The notes: a model not told the origin generated them from the sequence alone. Positions 1 through 12,852 are shown, counted from the first letter of the stretch. The stretch: DNA of 63,080 nt from Perkinsus olseni (GCA_013115125.1 JABANN010000139.1:1-63080), one strand, 5' to 3'. Numbers and translations: made by a program.

Positions 1-253
1 TCCACATTGCTACTTTAATTCGATAAACCTCGCCCGGGGAAACGTCTTGGAAAATTTGCCCAGAAAGTCGACCTTTCCGAGTAGCATCACTTTAATGGAG
101 CATGGGTGGGAAAACCGACCCTTGGATGTGGAACCCGGATTTGTCGCCGTGGACTTGGAACCCGGAAAGGCTTAGCACTTTAATTGGCTCCAGTACTTCA
201 GCTCCTCAAGCAGCATAACTTATGCACAACTGCCAATAGCTCCAGAAGTTAAA

Positions 254-326
254 TGACAGTTCGCAGGGATCGAACCTGGGCGTTCTTGATGAAAAGCTAC
301 ATGTGTATCCGCTAGACCAAAACATC
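254..326 (-). pseudogene. Degenerate tRNA-Glu(TTC)-like sequence (pseudo-tRNA or SINE head)
   Basis: Reverse complement reads GATGTTT-TGGTCTAGCGG (A box)...TTTTCA...CCAGGTTCGATCCCTG (B box/T arm)...GAACTGTCA. It resembles eukaryotic tRNA-Glu, but the anticodon stem does not pair. Confidence 0.6.
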
Positions 327-388
327 TCGAACACAACCGGTAGTAAACTGCGTCTGCACCTTGTGTCGGCTACACTTTCTCAGACAGC

Positions 389-509
389 TGTTCGTCCGTC
401 TCAGTGTTCGTCCATCCGAGATGTTCGTCGTCAGGACATTATCTATTGTCTGGGCGTGCGCTAACCTGTTCGTCCCTTTAATTGTTCGTCCATCTGATTC
501 ACAACCCTA
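389..509. mobile_element. One end of a hAT-like DNA transposon with subterminal repeats
   Basis: Five copies of TGTTCGTC (389, 405, 422, 467, 483) end at CACAACCCTA. The minus strand begins TAGGGTTG, a typical hAT terminus. No partner end found in the window. Confidence 0.5.
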
Positions 510-798
510 GACTTCTGCAGTCCCTTTCATGGCAGCACCCGAGGCCCATCGTCGGCTAAGTCGACTGCATCGACTCCATCTCGTAGTCATCGGAATAGTG
601 CTAGCCGCCCAGTTGGTACTAATTCGACCCTACTAAGAGACTTCTCCAGACTGGCATGGCACCGTGCAGCCTTCCTGCTATTCTGTTCAGTCCGAACCCT
701 CGCACTTGGCCGATCTCAGGGTCATCTGGCTGTCGAGTCTCCCTCGCTGCGGCTCTTTACGGTTACCCTCGGGATTGTGGTGATCCTGGCGGACCAAA

Positions 799-960
799 TG
801 TGGACCATCGCTCGTGGAGTGCCGAGAAGTAAAACTTGGCGCACACTCGGGCCTTTCCTGTGGCCGGTTCGTCACGTCGAATCGTAACTGAACGTAAACG
901 TAAGCGCATCTCAGCGTAAATTAGACCGTTTAATTTGAACGTAACCCGAATCGTATTACA
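799..960 (-). mobile_element. Possible short LTR relic
   Basis: Minus strand starts TGTAATACG at 960, contains repeated TTACG, and ends TCCACA followed by TT-TGGTCCGCCAGG (PBS-like). No second LTR or pol seen. Confidence 0.25.
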
Positions 961-1316
961 GAAGCATGATTCTATTTATGCAACTTTCGACTTGCGTCGT
1001 GCTTGGCGGATCTGCAAATCTATTCGTTGGCCGATTACCCACTTTCCGCTTCCTTCCCAATATAAATCACCTCTTCCTCAACGATGATTCTGTTTCAGGG
1101 GCAGTCACTACAACTTGCGTTTACGTCCTCGCTGCTGGATGCTGGTTATCACTTCTAGGATCTACTGTGGGACTTTCACTATTTTTAATGTGGCGACTTT
1201 TATCATCAGTTTTCAACTACGTTAACGGACAAACCAATAGAACCTTCGAAACACGTAAGCTGAGGGCTCGATAAGATTTGACGAGCAGCATGCCGGAATA
1301 GGTAAACTCTCTCTGG

Positions 1317-2775
1317 ATGAAGACACAGCATCATCGAGCTCAACCGCTTCCTGGCGGGCAGACGTTTCGAAGATATCCGATCGCCTTCTGGTTGGCTGCA
1401 ATACTCCGCCGTCAGATGATGGCCCTGCTGTGGACGCTCTCGATTTCTGCAACGCGAGGTGGTGTTTTTCCTGCGAGGAACTCTGTCACTAATACAATCA
1501 GATTGCTACCGGGATTTTGGCGCGCGTTCGAACTGCCACCAACCGGCCACGCGCTCTTGTCTCTCACGGAAGTTGTTACCATCGCGAAGGATGCTACGAA
1601 GTATATGCTGGGAGCCCCGGTAGGTTGCTGCGCTGGAATCAGGCGTTTGGACGTGGGTTCTAATACTATTGACGGAGCAAATGATGAGGAATGATGACCA
1701 TAGAAACGCCAGTTTTTTGACTTTAATTGTTTTATGAGCGGCCCTTCCTCAGGTGAACATTGCTGTGATACTAGGGTCAAGCGCAGAGTCTTCGGAGGCT
1801 TTAGCTTTGGTTTGCTGCTGCATAATCGTACTGCGAGCGGCGGCGAAGGATGGACGGGAGGCGTTTGCCCTGTACGCCTCTCAACGGTAATGCTATGGGG
1901 GATTGCGGGGAAGATTCATGGTTGTGAGTCGCTCATATTCGCCGCGACCACGTCGCGTAGTGGTGCAATCTATGCTCCGACTTGAACGATGAGGTAGTGA
2001 AGCTCCCTTGCTTCTCTCGATAGGATTTCACAACAGAAACCTGTGGATTATTGATCGTTTTTCGGGTTCTTCTTTCCCCTGGACCGACGCGCCTCAGCCG
2101 GTACGAAATTCTCACGGTATCCAAGGACGGAGGGAAGCTCGCCCAGTTTAACTTGGCAACCGTACTGGGTTTAAGGAAAGAACGGTACGGAGTACGTTTC
2201 AAACTGTCAACCTAGTACGGGTATGGAGAACTAGTACGTATTAAATATATCAAATAACGCATACGTGTATAAAATTACGCCTTACTTGAAGTACGTCGTA
2301 ATAGTACGGTACTTGGGAACCGCTGCGACGGGTAGTACGGGCACGGAGTCGTAGCCGTACCGTACTCCGTACTAGACCGTACCCGTACTGTCGCCCACCT
2401 CTACCCAGTTATAAGTATGTATTTTACTCGTCAGACACAATAGTTGACTTCAGGTATGTAGAACCAATACCTCGTGCCGAAGAAGTTCTCCACGCGTCAT
2501 CGTTGCGGCAGCTTGAGTTGCTGTCCAGAAAGGCTCAGTTCCTTACAGAAGAAGAGTCGAAGCCCGCAAAGGAGTGGGCGGTGGCGTCCGTTTCCGTTTC
2601 CAATATTCCTGACTGGCTGGAGAACATCAACGTTAGCATGGTCAATCTGTACGGCGAAAAGAGTCTAGTACTCGAGCGGCAGAATCTACTGAGAAATCAG
2701 CAGAGGATGGGAGCTAGTGCGTCGTGGAAGGATGAGGAGATGCCGATTGTGAAGGGAGAGGTAGTGGTGGGATGA
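1317..2775 (+). pseudogene. Multi-exon hypothetical gene, probably pseudogenised
   Basis: GT-AG splicing gives VNIAVILG...ASQR*CYGGLRGRFMV/WCNLCSDLNDE/DFTTETC...RLSR/YVEPIPRAEEVLH...VVVG*. It has an in-frame TAA near 1888. The intron 2101-2453 holds a MITE. Confidence 0.4.
2150..2403. mobile_element. ~254-bp hAT-type MITE inside an intron
   Basis: Right terminus reads TAGAGGTGGGCGACAGTAC on the minus strand, and the left terminus is a decayed TAACTTGGCAACCGTAC. Inverted GTACGGAGTACG subterminal motifs are present. Flanks are CCCAGTTT (2142-2149) and CCCAGTTA (2404-2411), an 8-bp TSD with one mismatch. Confidence 0.65.
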
Positions 2776-3875
2776 ACCGATTATTGCTGGCAAAAGGTCT
2801 CTGGTGGTCTGACGGATCATCTTTCTGTATTTTCTATGCTCGGGTCGTCGATTCTTTGCAAGATTTCACCTCTCGGGAGAGCATCTTTGTTGCCCTCGTC
2901 TCGGTGTTGGCACTGTTAAGCGCACTGTTGATCATAAAATTCGCAGCGTCTTTCCGCGGGGGGCTGGCAGCCCCTGCATTACCCTTCGGGTGGGCTGTGC
3001 GTCTTCTGAGCGTCTCGATGCTTCCGGCTGGAGACTCCCGAGTTGAAAACAACATCTCGCTTCCGCGTACAGAAATGAGGGCCGTAAAGAACCGAGCTCT
3101 CACGCACTTTCCTAGTCCCGTTAGAGCTGCTGATGTTCAGAGATGGATTGCTCGGGTATGTGCAGGTTTACATAGTAGCTGAGAAGTGCATCGTCAATCC
3201 AGGGGAAGTGCAAGAACCTCGTCTCTTCGGTGCCTATGGGTGCTTGCTTCCGGAGTCCCCTCATCTACAGAAGATGCTGGCATCGAGCTCTGGTGCACAC
3301 TATTTGGATCTGTCGATTGACCAGTGCGATGTCTTCGACTCTCGGTTGGAGAATACAGGTGATAATGGGCTGGCTCACATACTCTGCAATACAGATTTGC
3401 GTTGGGATGAATCTTTCTCGGACTCTTCGCACCGAAAAATGGACTCTTCGAAAGGGCCTCCTGTAGCTGGATCGGCTCAGCATTCGGCCGGAGTGAGATC
3501 GCGTTTCCATTGGGAATGGGCATACTACAGCTTTTTCGCTCTTTCGGCGGTGGAAAATCAGCCCCAGCTTTGATAGATTGTACGCCTTTTCTGGGCAGAA
3601 GCCAGGAGCCAATTTACGTCGCCAATTGGAGTGGGAACTTCTCGTTCTCTCGGTTCGCGAATTTCGCACGATTCGTAGCAGTTATTGCTGGAGGAATATA
3701 TGCGATATCTCAAGGCGATTTATGGGACTATCTTCCACTGTGCTCAGGCATCGTCCTCAGTGTTCTTCTTCGCCCAGTTGATGAGTACACTCCACAATCA
3801 ACGGCCGCTCCGTTCCCGCCCAGTCCCGAGGAGATAGGGGACTTCCTAGAGCTGCCTTCGCAACAGAATTCATAG
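2772..3875 (+). CDS. Hypothetical multi-exon membrane protein
   Basis: Successive ORF segments are separated by short GT-AG introns. Hydrophobic stretches include IFVALVSVLALLSALLIIKF, FVAVIAGGIYAI and LCSGIVLSVLL. Confidence 0.5.
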
Positions 3876-3966
3876 TGACTGCTGTTTCGTGCCGTACCGC
3901 GCTTGTAGTTGCGTTCGGAAAGTCGTACAACTTGCCGTCTCCTAGAGGGATCGGTGCCCTGCTCAA

Positions 3967-4602
3967 ATGGCGTACTCTGATGACGAGGAGATGTCGGACG
4001 AGGGAAATCAGCGGCCGATGGTAGTAACCACGATTTATATTTCTTCATTGAGGGCGATCGCTTTAGGTCGTCTCGATGATACCGGACACGCTTAACAGCC
4101 ATCAGCTGAGGTGCTGCTTGAGGTGAGGCTCTACAAGCGGCGGATAAGTTTGACCTTTGCCTTGTTTCAGGTGCCACATCATCCTCTCAGTGTCGCAATT
4201 CGTTCGCCATGGCTGCCCTAACTGTCAGGACATCGACATGGAAGGGGACAAGACTCTTGTGGAGGACTACACCACCAAGAACTTCTCTGGGTACGTCACG
4301 GTGCTGCGATACGCGAAGTCCCGCGGCGCGACTCCCGCCGAGTTGTGCATTTTCAGGGGAGTTTCGGTGATGAACCCGGCCAGAAGCTGGGTGGCCCGTC
4401 AACTGAAATTGAGTAGAGCGCCCTCTGACGCAGTTCGTCTTGTTCTAGCTTTCTTGAAGGTACCTTCTGCGCTGGCATGTACGCAGTCGCGGCTCAAGGA
4501 GACGGAGAGGCTCAAGGGTGAGTGCATCCTCATTTAGCCATCCGTCAGGCACTTTCTTGTTCCCTCAGAGATTACGACGATGAGTATGAAGAAGACTACT
4601 GA
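3967..4602 (+). CDS. SPT4: Transcription elongation factor Spt4 (DSIF subunit), 6 exons
   Basis: Spliced product includes LRCCLRCHIILSVSQFVRHGCPNCQDIDM...YTTKNFSG-GVSVMNPARSWVARQLKL...GMYAV, which carries the Spt4 zinc ribbon and SWVA motif. Confidence 0.93.
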
Positions 4603-4819
4603 AGGAGCTGTTTACTTCATACGTTCTTCTGTTGCGTTTTACGGCGTCACCATTTCGAAAAGCGCCCGAACAGGCGAGGTAGCTCGCGCTGTGAGCCGGG
4701 ACTTGGGGACACTGGACCACCGAATTTGAGCCTGTCGATGCGGTCTCTGATGCTCATGAATCTCAGACGTCAACGGGCATCATCAGTCCTCTCAGCCTTG
4801 CGTTTTTCATCAATCTCAA

Positions 4820-5877
4820 TGTCACTCATCATTCACTCGGAAACACATCGCCGAGGAGGTCTACTTTGCTTGGTCCTCCTCATGGGCGCTTTTCTGACAC
4901 TTCTAGCTGTTTGCCGGCGCTATGCTTGGTTCGATCGGTCGATCATAGACGGCAGAGCTAAGGCCTGGAAGGAGCGATGGCGTATCGGGGGCGATGCTTT
5001 CGAAGTGGCTAGCCAAGATGACACCCCGTGGTGGTCAGACCTCGCGGTTTTCTTAGTTGGCCTCTTCCTGTTTGCTTGGTCTTGCCGAATTGCAGCGGTG
5101 TCCGAGACGCTCCGCCGAACACAGTACGCAGTTCCCCCTGAAGTCATTGGCAACCCCATCGATGATGACTCGATTCATGATGATTACTACAAGCAGAAAA
5201 TGAAGCCGTCCTGGAGCTCCAACCAGTCGCTTGTCGCCTTCTGGCTCCTAGTCGTTATGGTAGTGTCGCAGTCACTGACGCTGCCTTGCCTCGCCAGATT
5301 TCTTCCACCAGGATTGACTTTGCACTTTTTGTTTCTACTGGCCTGTTGCTGGATCTGGTTCCGGTCGTACAGCGGCTGTTGCTCTGGAGCAGTACCAGTC
5401 CTTTGCGCCTTCGTCGTCTGGCTAGCCCTGTCAGTGATACCCGCAGTACCCTCTCCCAGAAATCTTTGTATCGCTGTTCTCGCAGCTGGCAGTATCGGCG
5501 TGATTGCGCTCATGCACCTGATGGCACTCAGCGTTTGCTGTTCCGGGCCGCTGCCCGCAGACTATACCCTGCCAGCGTTGGCCGTCTCTGCATTCATAAT
5601 TCTCGGATTGGCCGCCATCACGTTCTACTCGTACAACCAAATCTCGCCACTTCAACTGGCGCTTACTGGCGACTATGGCCTCTGGGTTCAAATCGAAGTT
5701 GGTTGCACGGTTGCCGTGAACGGTTTGATTGTCCTGGCCTTTCTGATTGCCCTGCTTCGCGCTCCCTCGTGGGCACCTCCGGACGCACCTCCCAGCAAGA
5801 TGGTTAATATCGAGATGGAGGGTATGAGCCCTGATCCGGACTGGCCAAGCCAGGTCGAAGCGTCATCAGTTGAATGA
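4820..5877 (+). CDS. Intronless polytopic membrane protein, unknown function
   Basis: Uninterrupted ORF of ~350 aa with about 8 hydrophobic segments. The start codon is uncertain. Confidence 0.65.
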
Positions 5878-5986
5878 CTTCATTGTGACTATTGAACACC
5901 CTTGTGTAGCATAAAAACAATTGTCTCCCCAAGTCTCTATATTCGCAGAGTTGAACCAGGAGTGATTTGGCGAGTAGTTGCATCTA

Positions 5987-7283
5987 ATGCTGCACACGCC
6001 TCGACGACCACAGTCGCTATCGACGTCCTCGTCCTCCTCTTCGTCCGACTCCTGTTCTTCGAGTGACGTGGATGTGAGTGTCCTCGGCGCTGCGGCTGCA
6101 GCAGCCACTGGGGTCGGCGCCAACAAAGGGCGGAGCATCATCGGCAACCGAGACATCGAGGACGGGCCCGCTGAAGACGGAGTCCTCGACCAGGAATGGC
6201 CGGCGGAAGGAGAAGTAGGGCAGCGGAAGATTCGCTCCCATCAGGATTTTCCCCCTTCAGTCCGTTCAGCTGTGCGGACTCACCAGCTTTCCGTGGATGA
6301 ACGGCGAGATCGGTACGGTGGTTGGCTACGATATGCAGCACAACCGGTAGCAAGCGATCAATTTCGAGGTTTTTGCAGGCTCGCCTCAGGTACGCTATTA
6401 AGCTACAGGATGGCGCTATCAAGTCGGTCCGTCTCTTCAACATTCGTCGGCCGAAAAATACCGATTCTCAAAACAATCCCGAAGAGGCCTCACCAGAGCA
6501 AGAGGAGGAAGACTTCTCGTGGATGCAAAATTATGAAGCTCAAGCAACCCCTCCTCCTCCACCCAGTGTGAACTACGCAACTGCCAACGGCCGTAGAGCC
6601 TCTGGTGGTGATTCGTCCACCCCAAGCACGGTGTCGAAGATCGGCGACTTCGTGAGAGATGAGATGTCGGCTCTTGCCGATCTCGCTGGGGACATTCGGA
6701 ATCGCGGGATTTCGGGAGTCATGAAAGATGCTGTGTCAGAGGCGAAGGACATGGTATCCAGTCAGGTGAGGCACCACGCAGGCTAGGAGACTCCGAGATT
6801 CTCCTGGTAGGTCGGCCCGAAATTGCCTGCTGGATTCCGAGCGCACAGGGAGGAAGAAGAACCGGTGGGTCGAAGTCGGTGGGATCGATGTTTAAGGTAG
6901 AACTATGAGCTCACAATCACGAGAGAGGTTTTACTGTGAGCAGGTGGACTCAGCCGGGTATACTGACATATTTGACATTTTTAATATTGTCCCCTATGGT
7001 GCCTCGACTCGTCACCAATAGTGTCACCGCTACAACAATCGGGTAGGCGAGTTCCTTTCCTCCTGTCCTCTGTTTACGACTGGGCTTTCCTCTTTTCAGA
7101 TTGCTGTTATCATTGCTTCTGGCGTGCAACTGCTTGCCCTTTCCGAGAATATTGAAGGTTGTTATCTTACTGTGCTGGATAGTCGGAATCGTCAGCTATG
7201 CTATTTATGATGAGCAGTTCGGAGAAGTCCGAGGAGACTCGGCGGCAATCTCAGCTTTGTCAAGACCATCAAGGTTTACTTGA
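5987..7283 (+). CDS. Hypothetical protein with low-complexity N-terminus and C-terminal TM helices
   Basis: Exons splice in frame: ...DAVSEAKDMVSSQ/VGPKLP...CLR/WTQPGILTYLTFLILSP...[16 protein letters not shown]...VVILLCWIVGIVSYAIY...RFT*. Confidence 0.6.
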
Positions 7284-7459
7284 TAACTAAGTACCATATC
7301 AAACGCTCATGTGTTCTGTTGCCAGTTTACGCGTATAGGGGGAACTGTCTTTGGCAACTGGCCATGTGATAATATGAACGCAAGATTCATCGCGCGCGAC
7401 GAGTCACCTTTCAACACAAAGCTCAGGGAAAGACGCTCATGACGATCATGGTATTCCAG

Positions 7460-9483
7460 TCAGAATCTTGCAGTCATTGGCTGCATCTGAGAATTCATCA
7501 AAAATGACTCTTGACATAGGTGAATGGACGTACTGATCGAACCTTGAAAACAGGCAACGCAAGGGGCAATTTGATTCCCGAGGGCTCCTTGGCCTCCGCG
7601 ACCTGCATTATGTCGGCTAGGCGCTGCTCCAACTCGCTTTTATACCTGATAACACTCGCAGAATGATCTGCACAAACCATGATCTTATCGCTTTACCAAC
7701 GCATGTCCTTCCCGAGCTGCGCCATTATGCTACTATGAACGTCTCTGAGATCTTCCTTCTGTCTGACCAGTGATTCAGTCGTCGTTCTCTCGCTGTCTGC
7801 GACCACGCAAGGATCGCGAAAAAATTCGAGTCTCAAACAAATACCAGCGATCGCGGCCATTGAGGGGCCCGCCGACTCCACGAGACGTCGGCCGGCCTTA
7901 AAGCCTGAAGAGTGAGTTTCTTGTAGGCTTTCGGGCCAAACCACTACCCCGAAGACCAGGGAAAAGCTTCGGGAGCTCAACTGCGAGGTCTGCTCCTTCT
8001 GGAAGATCTTTGACGGTCTGAATCAATAAATCCTTGATGGGTGGGCGGGCATATCATACACCCACTCAACTTGCTCTCAAGGTTACCTGTGGTCGGGGAG
8101 TGGCAGGCTTTCTCCGAGAGGTCTTCGGTGGGCGGGGGTTAGGTCGCGGTGGGGGCTACGAAACGAGGCTCGATAATCATCATCGTGCCGATGATGATGC
8201 AAGAGCATGCCTCCACCTGCAGTTTCACTCGGTGACGTATTTCCGGTGGAACTAGAGCTTGGTGTACGATGTCGGGAGGGTATGCCGGCTCAGTAAGGAA
8301 CGTTTCCGCATAATTCTTCGACCTTCCATTCTCGATCTGCTAACGGAGCTTCCGTGAAAAGCAGTCCGAATTCTCTCTACCGCGAGCGTCGGGTGGTCGC
8401 TTTCGACCGAACTCTGATAGGCCATATCATATATACGCTCTTCCCCTAATAACACCAACAGTATTTTGGCGACGATGGTCGGTTGTTCCTTACCCACACA
8501 CTTCAACTTCTCTCGCAGCTTCCGTACAACAGCAGCACGCTTCTGCTTCTTTTTTTCCTAAACGTCATCGATGCGGACCGCCGAAGAGGCCTAGCACTGA
8601 CGCTCAGCATTCGTTCTCTCTCGATGCGCTCCCGTAGCATCAGGCGTTGTCGCTGGAGTTCCGTCCGTGCTTCCTCGGCCTTGCGTCTGGAAGTATGGAC
8701 TGGAGCACTGGGCACGGCATATCCCTCTACCTTTGTCGTCGCTGCGCACGTTCTTCCCTTCGCTGTCTCTCGGCATCCTGGTCGCGCCTTTCCCGAAGGT
8801 TGAGCAGAAATCTACATATTTCCTATTGAGACGGATGGGAAAACGGTCCTACTCCGGTTGCCGTTGGTACGAGTCTACTCGCCGGGGAGAGGGAGCTCTG
8901 TGGATCTCCGGAGCCCTGCCGGACCAGAAGAATTGAGAAGTACTTCTAGACCTCGAGCGATGGAACGCCCCGACAGCGACCAAAAAATAGGGAAGCCGAG
9001 CATTTATTAGAGAAAAGAGATTGAGGCCTGGCACGCATTCGACTCGAGTCGGTGCGGTCGCTGTGGCGATGGTCTTCACGAGCCGATGCAGCTCCATCTC
9101 CTTACGACGCTAGGAGAGCTTCCGACTCGTCCAGTACTCGCGAGAGGGAATCAACCGCTCTCTTCTCGAGTGCCTCAGGAGCTCTTGTACGGGATTCGAA
9201 GTTTTCACCGAGTCCTGATGCATGGCGGATGGAGCCTGGCCAGCGGTAGGCCGACAGAACAGGGGCGGGTGGTGGACGACCTGAAGCGGGTCGTATGGGG
9301 TGTTCAGAAAACCAGTTCAATGTCGATTCTGAGTTTCAGAAGTAGCTCGCCTGTGGACCCGCTACTTCCTCTCCGGCCATCTCGCCCGGTTCCTCCGAAC
9401 CTTTCTCCATGGCCTTCGAACCTAGACTGACTGTGAGTATTAAACGGGCGTAAGCCCACCGAACCGGCGACTTCGCTCGACAT
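7460..9483 (-). CDS. Hypothetical coiled-coil protein, multi-exon
   Basis: Charged helical exons (RRKAEEARTELQRQRLMLRERIERER; YKSELEQRLADIMQ) are linked by GT-AG introns. Confidence 0.5.
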
Positions 9484-9588
9484 GGCGATGAGGTGATGCG
9501 CTGCCCGGATCGCGGTGTCCACTACTGCACAACACCAACACCTTTAGGACACGGTCAATGAATAGGACACACAAGCATTGGTCATGAG

Positions 9589-12500
9589 TCACAACAGGAG
9601 TAAAAACTTGATATCGTCATGGCGAGCGAGATCCAACGGTATCTTGCCCTTCTCATCTGATATCAGTTCGCCTTCGAGAGGTCGGCGCTCGCCCACTCTC
9701 ACCTTCCATGTACTTGTCGGCTCCCCGTTCGAGTAGCTCCCGCACGACTTCAACAGCCGCGGCGAGTCTGCCCCGGCCGGCCGCCGAAGTCCCCGAAGCG
9801 GTGACGGATGCCTGCAACAAACGAGGTCGTCAGGACAGGGCTCGCCAAGTCCCACCGCTTGATGGAGGGGTGTGAGACCGTATCGGTTCTGAGCGTCAGG
9901 GTTGGCATTCGCGTCGAGGAGGAGGGAAACGATGTCCCGATTCCCCTGCTGGGCGGCGTAGTGCAGCGCTGTGTCACCGTAACTGCATCGGTCCAGCTCT
10001 GCCCGCAGTGCCAGGCGCTACTCACGCGTTTTGTTGCTTCAAGAGATCCGGCCAATTTTTCTCCCCGGCCTCGCGTAAAATCTCGCGGACCTGAAACCAG
10101 TTATTTCGATCGCTTGAAGCTGGCATTTCCACCTTCTGTTCTTCTCCTCCGACGCACGCATACATCAAGGGTGAAAAGCTCATCATACCCTGCTCTTCCA
10201 CTTCTGCCTCCCTCCGCGTGACCGTTTTCCTCCGGCTCCCATCGACAAACTGAAAGAGCGCTGAGGACCTTAGCGCTCGACCGCTCGACTTACTTCTGAA
10301 GGCGATCGTTCGAGTTTCGGGGTCTCTGTCGGAGTCGGGCTTTTCTGAACAGCCTCCCGCAGCAACCTGGGATAGAGCTGCGTCTCGACCGGCCCAGCGG
10401 GTCACATGCTTTCTGATCTCGACATCCTTGGACAGACCGTAAGGGGTCTTTCCCTTATCCGTTGGCAGGTCTCTGTCCGCACCGCCCTCCAATAACAACT
10501 TGACTATGCTGATGTGACCGAGCTGAAAGCAATCGGCCTGTTGCGGACTCTCGTATTGCAGCACTCCCACCTGCGCCGCGTGGTGTAAAGGCGTTTGGCC
10601 GAAGTCGTTCTGAATGTCCAGGTCGGCCTTATGCGCGATTAGTTCGTTCACGATGTCCACTAAACCTACGAGCGCCAATTCTCGCATAGTGGGCACCATG
10701 CACGTACCTCCCTGCACTGCGTAGTGCAATGCGGCGTCACCATAAGCGTTTTTCGCGTTAACGTCAACTTCCTCATTTCTGATCAACAGACTCCCAAGTC
10801 GTCGAACGCTTAACATACTTCAATATCTCCCGGAACATCTTTTCATCGTTCTTGACGCAAGCGTACTGGAGGCTGTTACAAGCACTCGAAAAGGATCCGA
10901 TACTCCTTTTCTGCTCCTTGAACAGCTGTCGCCCCGCGTCCCCCGTACGTGAGGAAACCTGTCGAGGGAACAGCTCATTACACCGACAGCCGAACCGCCT
11001 CTTTACCGCAGGGTTGTCGTTGACCTCCGCCTTCTGCACGATGAACACAGTTTTGGCGGGCTGTTTCTCCTCCTCGGCCGCGCTAGAGTGCAGCATACCT
11101 TGGGGAGTATGATGGGCGATTGGGGCGAGGCTAGTTGATCACCTTCCGGCGGCACCCCACACTTATTTTTCCTATCCCACAAGGCGCCGTAATCTGAGTT
11201 CGAAACACCATCGCTGCGACGGAGCAGTGGCTCGAAAAATGCACCTTTCAGGGCAGAGAAAATTTCTGGGCTCCTCTTAGCAGCATGGTCGATCGGAAAC
11301 TGCCCGAACTGGTTCCGCGCGTGGACGTCGGCGCTGTTCTGGAGGAGGACCTCAACCATCTCGATGTCAGTCCCTGGGAGAGGGGAGGGAACGCCAGTTG
11401 GCAGGGGGCACTGTGAGCGGTACATTTGCAAGCGTAATGCAAGGCTGTGTCACCATAGACATTCTTCACCGTAACTTGGGCAGGGTCGATTCTCACAATG
11501 CGCTGACCACAGGCCGCTACGCAGTGAGTTTACCGACCTTCCTCTACCTTGACGGCAGACAAGTCCTTCCTAGTGCAAGCGTACATAAGGTCTGTGAATT
11601 CACTAGCCTCAGCGGACTCATCTACAGGATTGTGGAGCATGTCACCGCTGTAACTCCGGAGCAATTCCGCCCGTCGATCTGAGATCGACGTCTATTGGCC
11701 CCTCTTCTTAGCAGGTCACGCTGGTACCTTGAGCCGGCGTCCCTCGACTCCCCGTTGCTTCCTCTATTTCCTTTCGTATTATCTGATGGGAATTCGAGCT
11801 CCGTGGAGACACCTTTCGACTTCGGACATCGGGATCCAGCGGCTTGGTGTCCTTAATGACTCGTCTCGTCTTGGAGTCCTTCGTCATCTCAATAGCACGT
11901 TTGCCTACCATGAATGATCGCTATGAACGCTCTTGATCATACCATGATTTCCACCGGAGATTCTGTATTGGAGACAACGAGGTGATCAGCGTCATTCGCC
12001 AGTAATTGCAATATGAGGGATTAAGAGATTCCTCATTTGAAAAGGTTACAAGCCCGGCCCCCCAGACAAAAGGGTCCGCTAGGAGTCGCGTGAATCTGCG
12101 AGGTATAACGCGCGGCTCACTATGTGCAGAATATTCGGCAAAATAAAACTGAACTCATACGAGCCCAGAATTACGACCGCACCCCAGTTCTTTTATTTCA
12201 GCGACTAGTGTCTTTAGTTCCTACTCTAGAACCTGTCCTGTCTGAGCTCCCGCACTTTTACAACGACGAAACAGCCATTAAGTTCTTCGAGTAATTGTCC
12301 TAGTAAACTGATCGTCACTTCAATGTGATCGAGAACTTCATGTCAAATCAGAGTAAAAACTACTCCGAAGTGAGGCTTCAAGTTACCTTTGCCAGTTCGT
12401 TTCTCGGTATCTGCTCCCCAGTGTATCAAATTGACACAGGCTTCAGCGTGTCCCATCTGTGCTGCGTGATGGAGGGGAGTCTGACCGTAGTTGTTCTCAG

Positions 12501-12852
12501 CATTCACCGAAGCTTTGTGCCTGATGAAAACTCCCCCTCTGCGATTGCTTTCAGGTCAATCACTTCAACAACGCCAGTATGATCTCTTCGTCCCCGTTGG
12601 CAGCCGCGTAATGGAGCGCTGAGTCGCCGTACGCGTTCCGATGGTCAACAGCGACTCCCGCGGCCAGCAGACCCTTAACGGCTTGGACGTCCTGCCACAA
12701 CACTCATCAGATGTGAGCATCCCTAGCAGGTGACTAACTCGTTTGACGCAACTGTATTGTAGTGGACTGAACTTCGCGACGCCACCGGTGCCCAAGTCTG
12801 CCTTCTCGGATATCGTCCTCGGACTCGAGTCTCCCGGCGATTGATCCGACAT
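9589..12852 (-). CDS. Ankyrin-repeat protein with four separate ankyrin clusters
   Basis: Repeated motifs NAYGDSALHYA, NNYGQTPLHHAA, NVYGDTALHYAC, NAYGDAALHYAV, NDFGQTPLHHAA and GKIPLDLA. Each cluster opens with an L(Q/M)Y(A/S)C motif. Confidence 0.85.

Noticed and set aside
1886..1892. In-frame TAA as evidence of stop-codon reassignment
   Set aside because: RPL19 and the desaturase end normally in TAA, so pseudogenisation or my mis-splicing is simpler.
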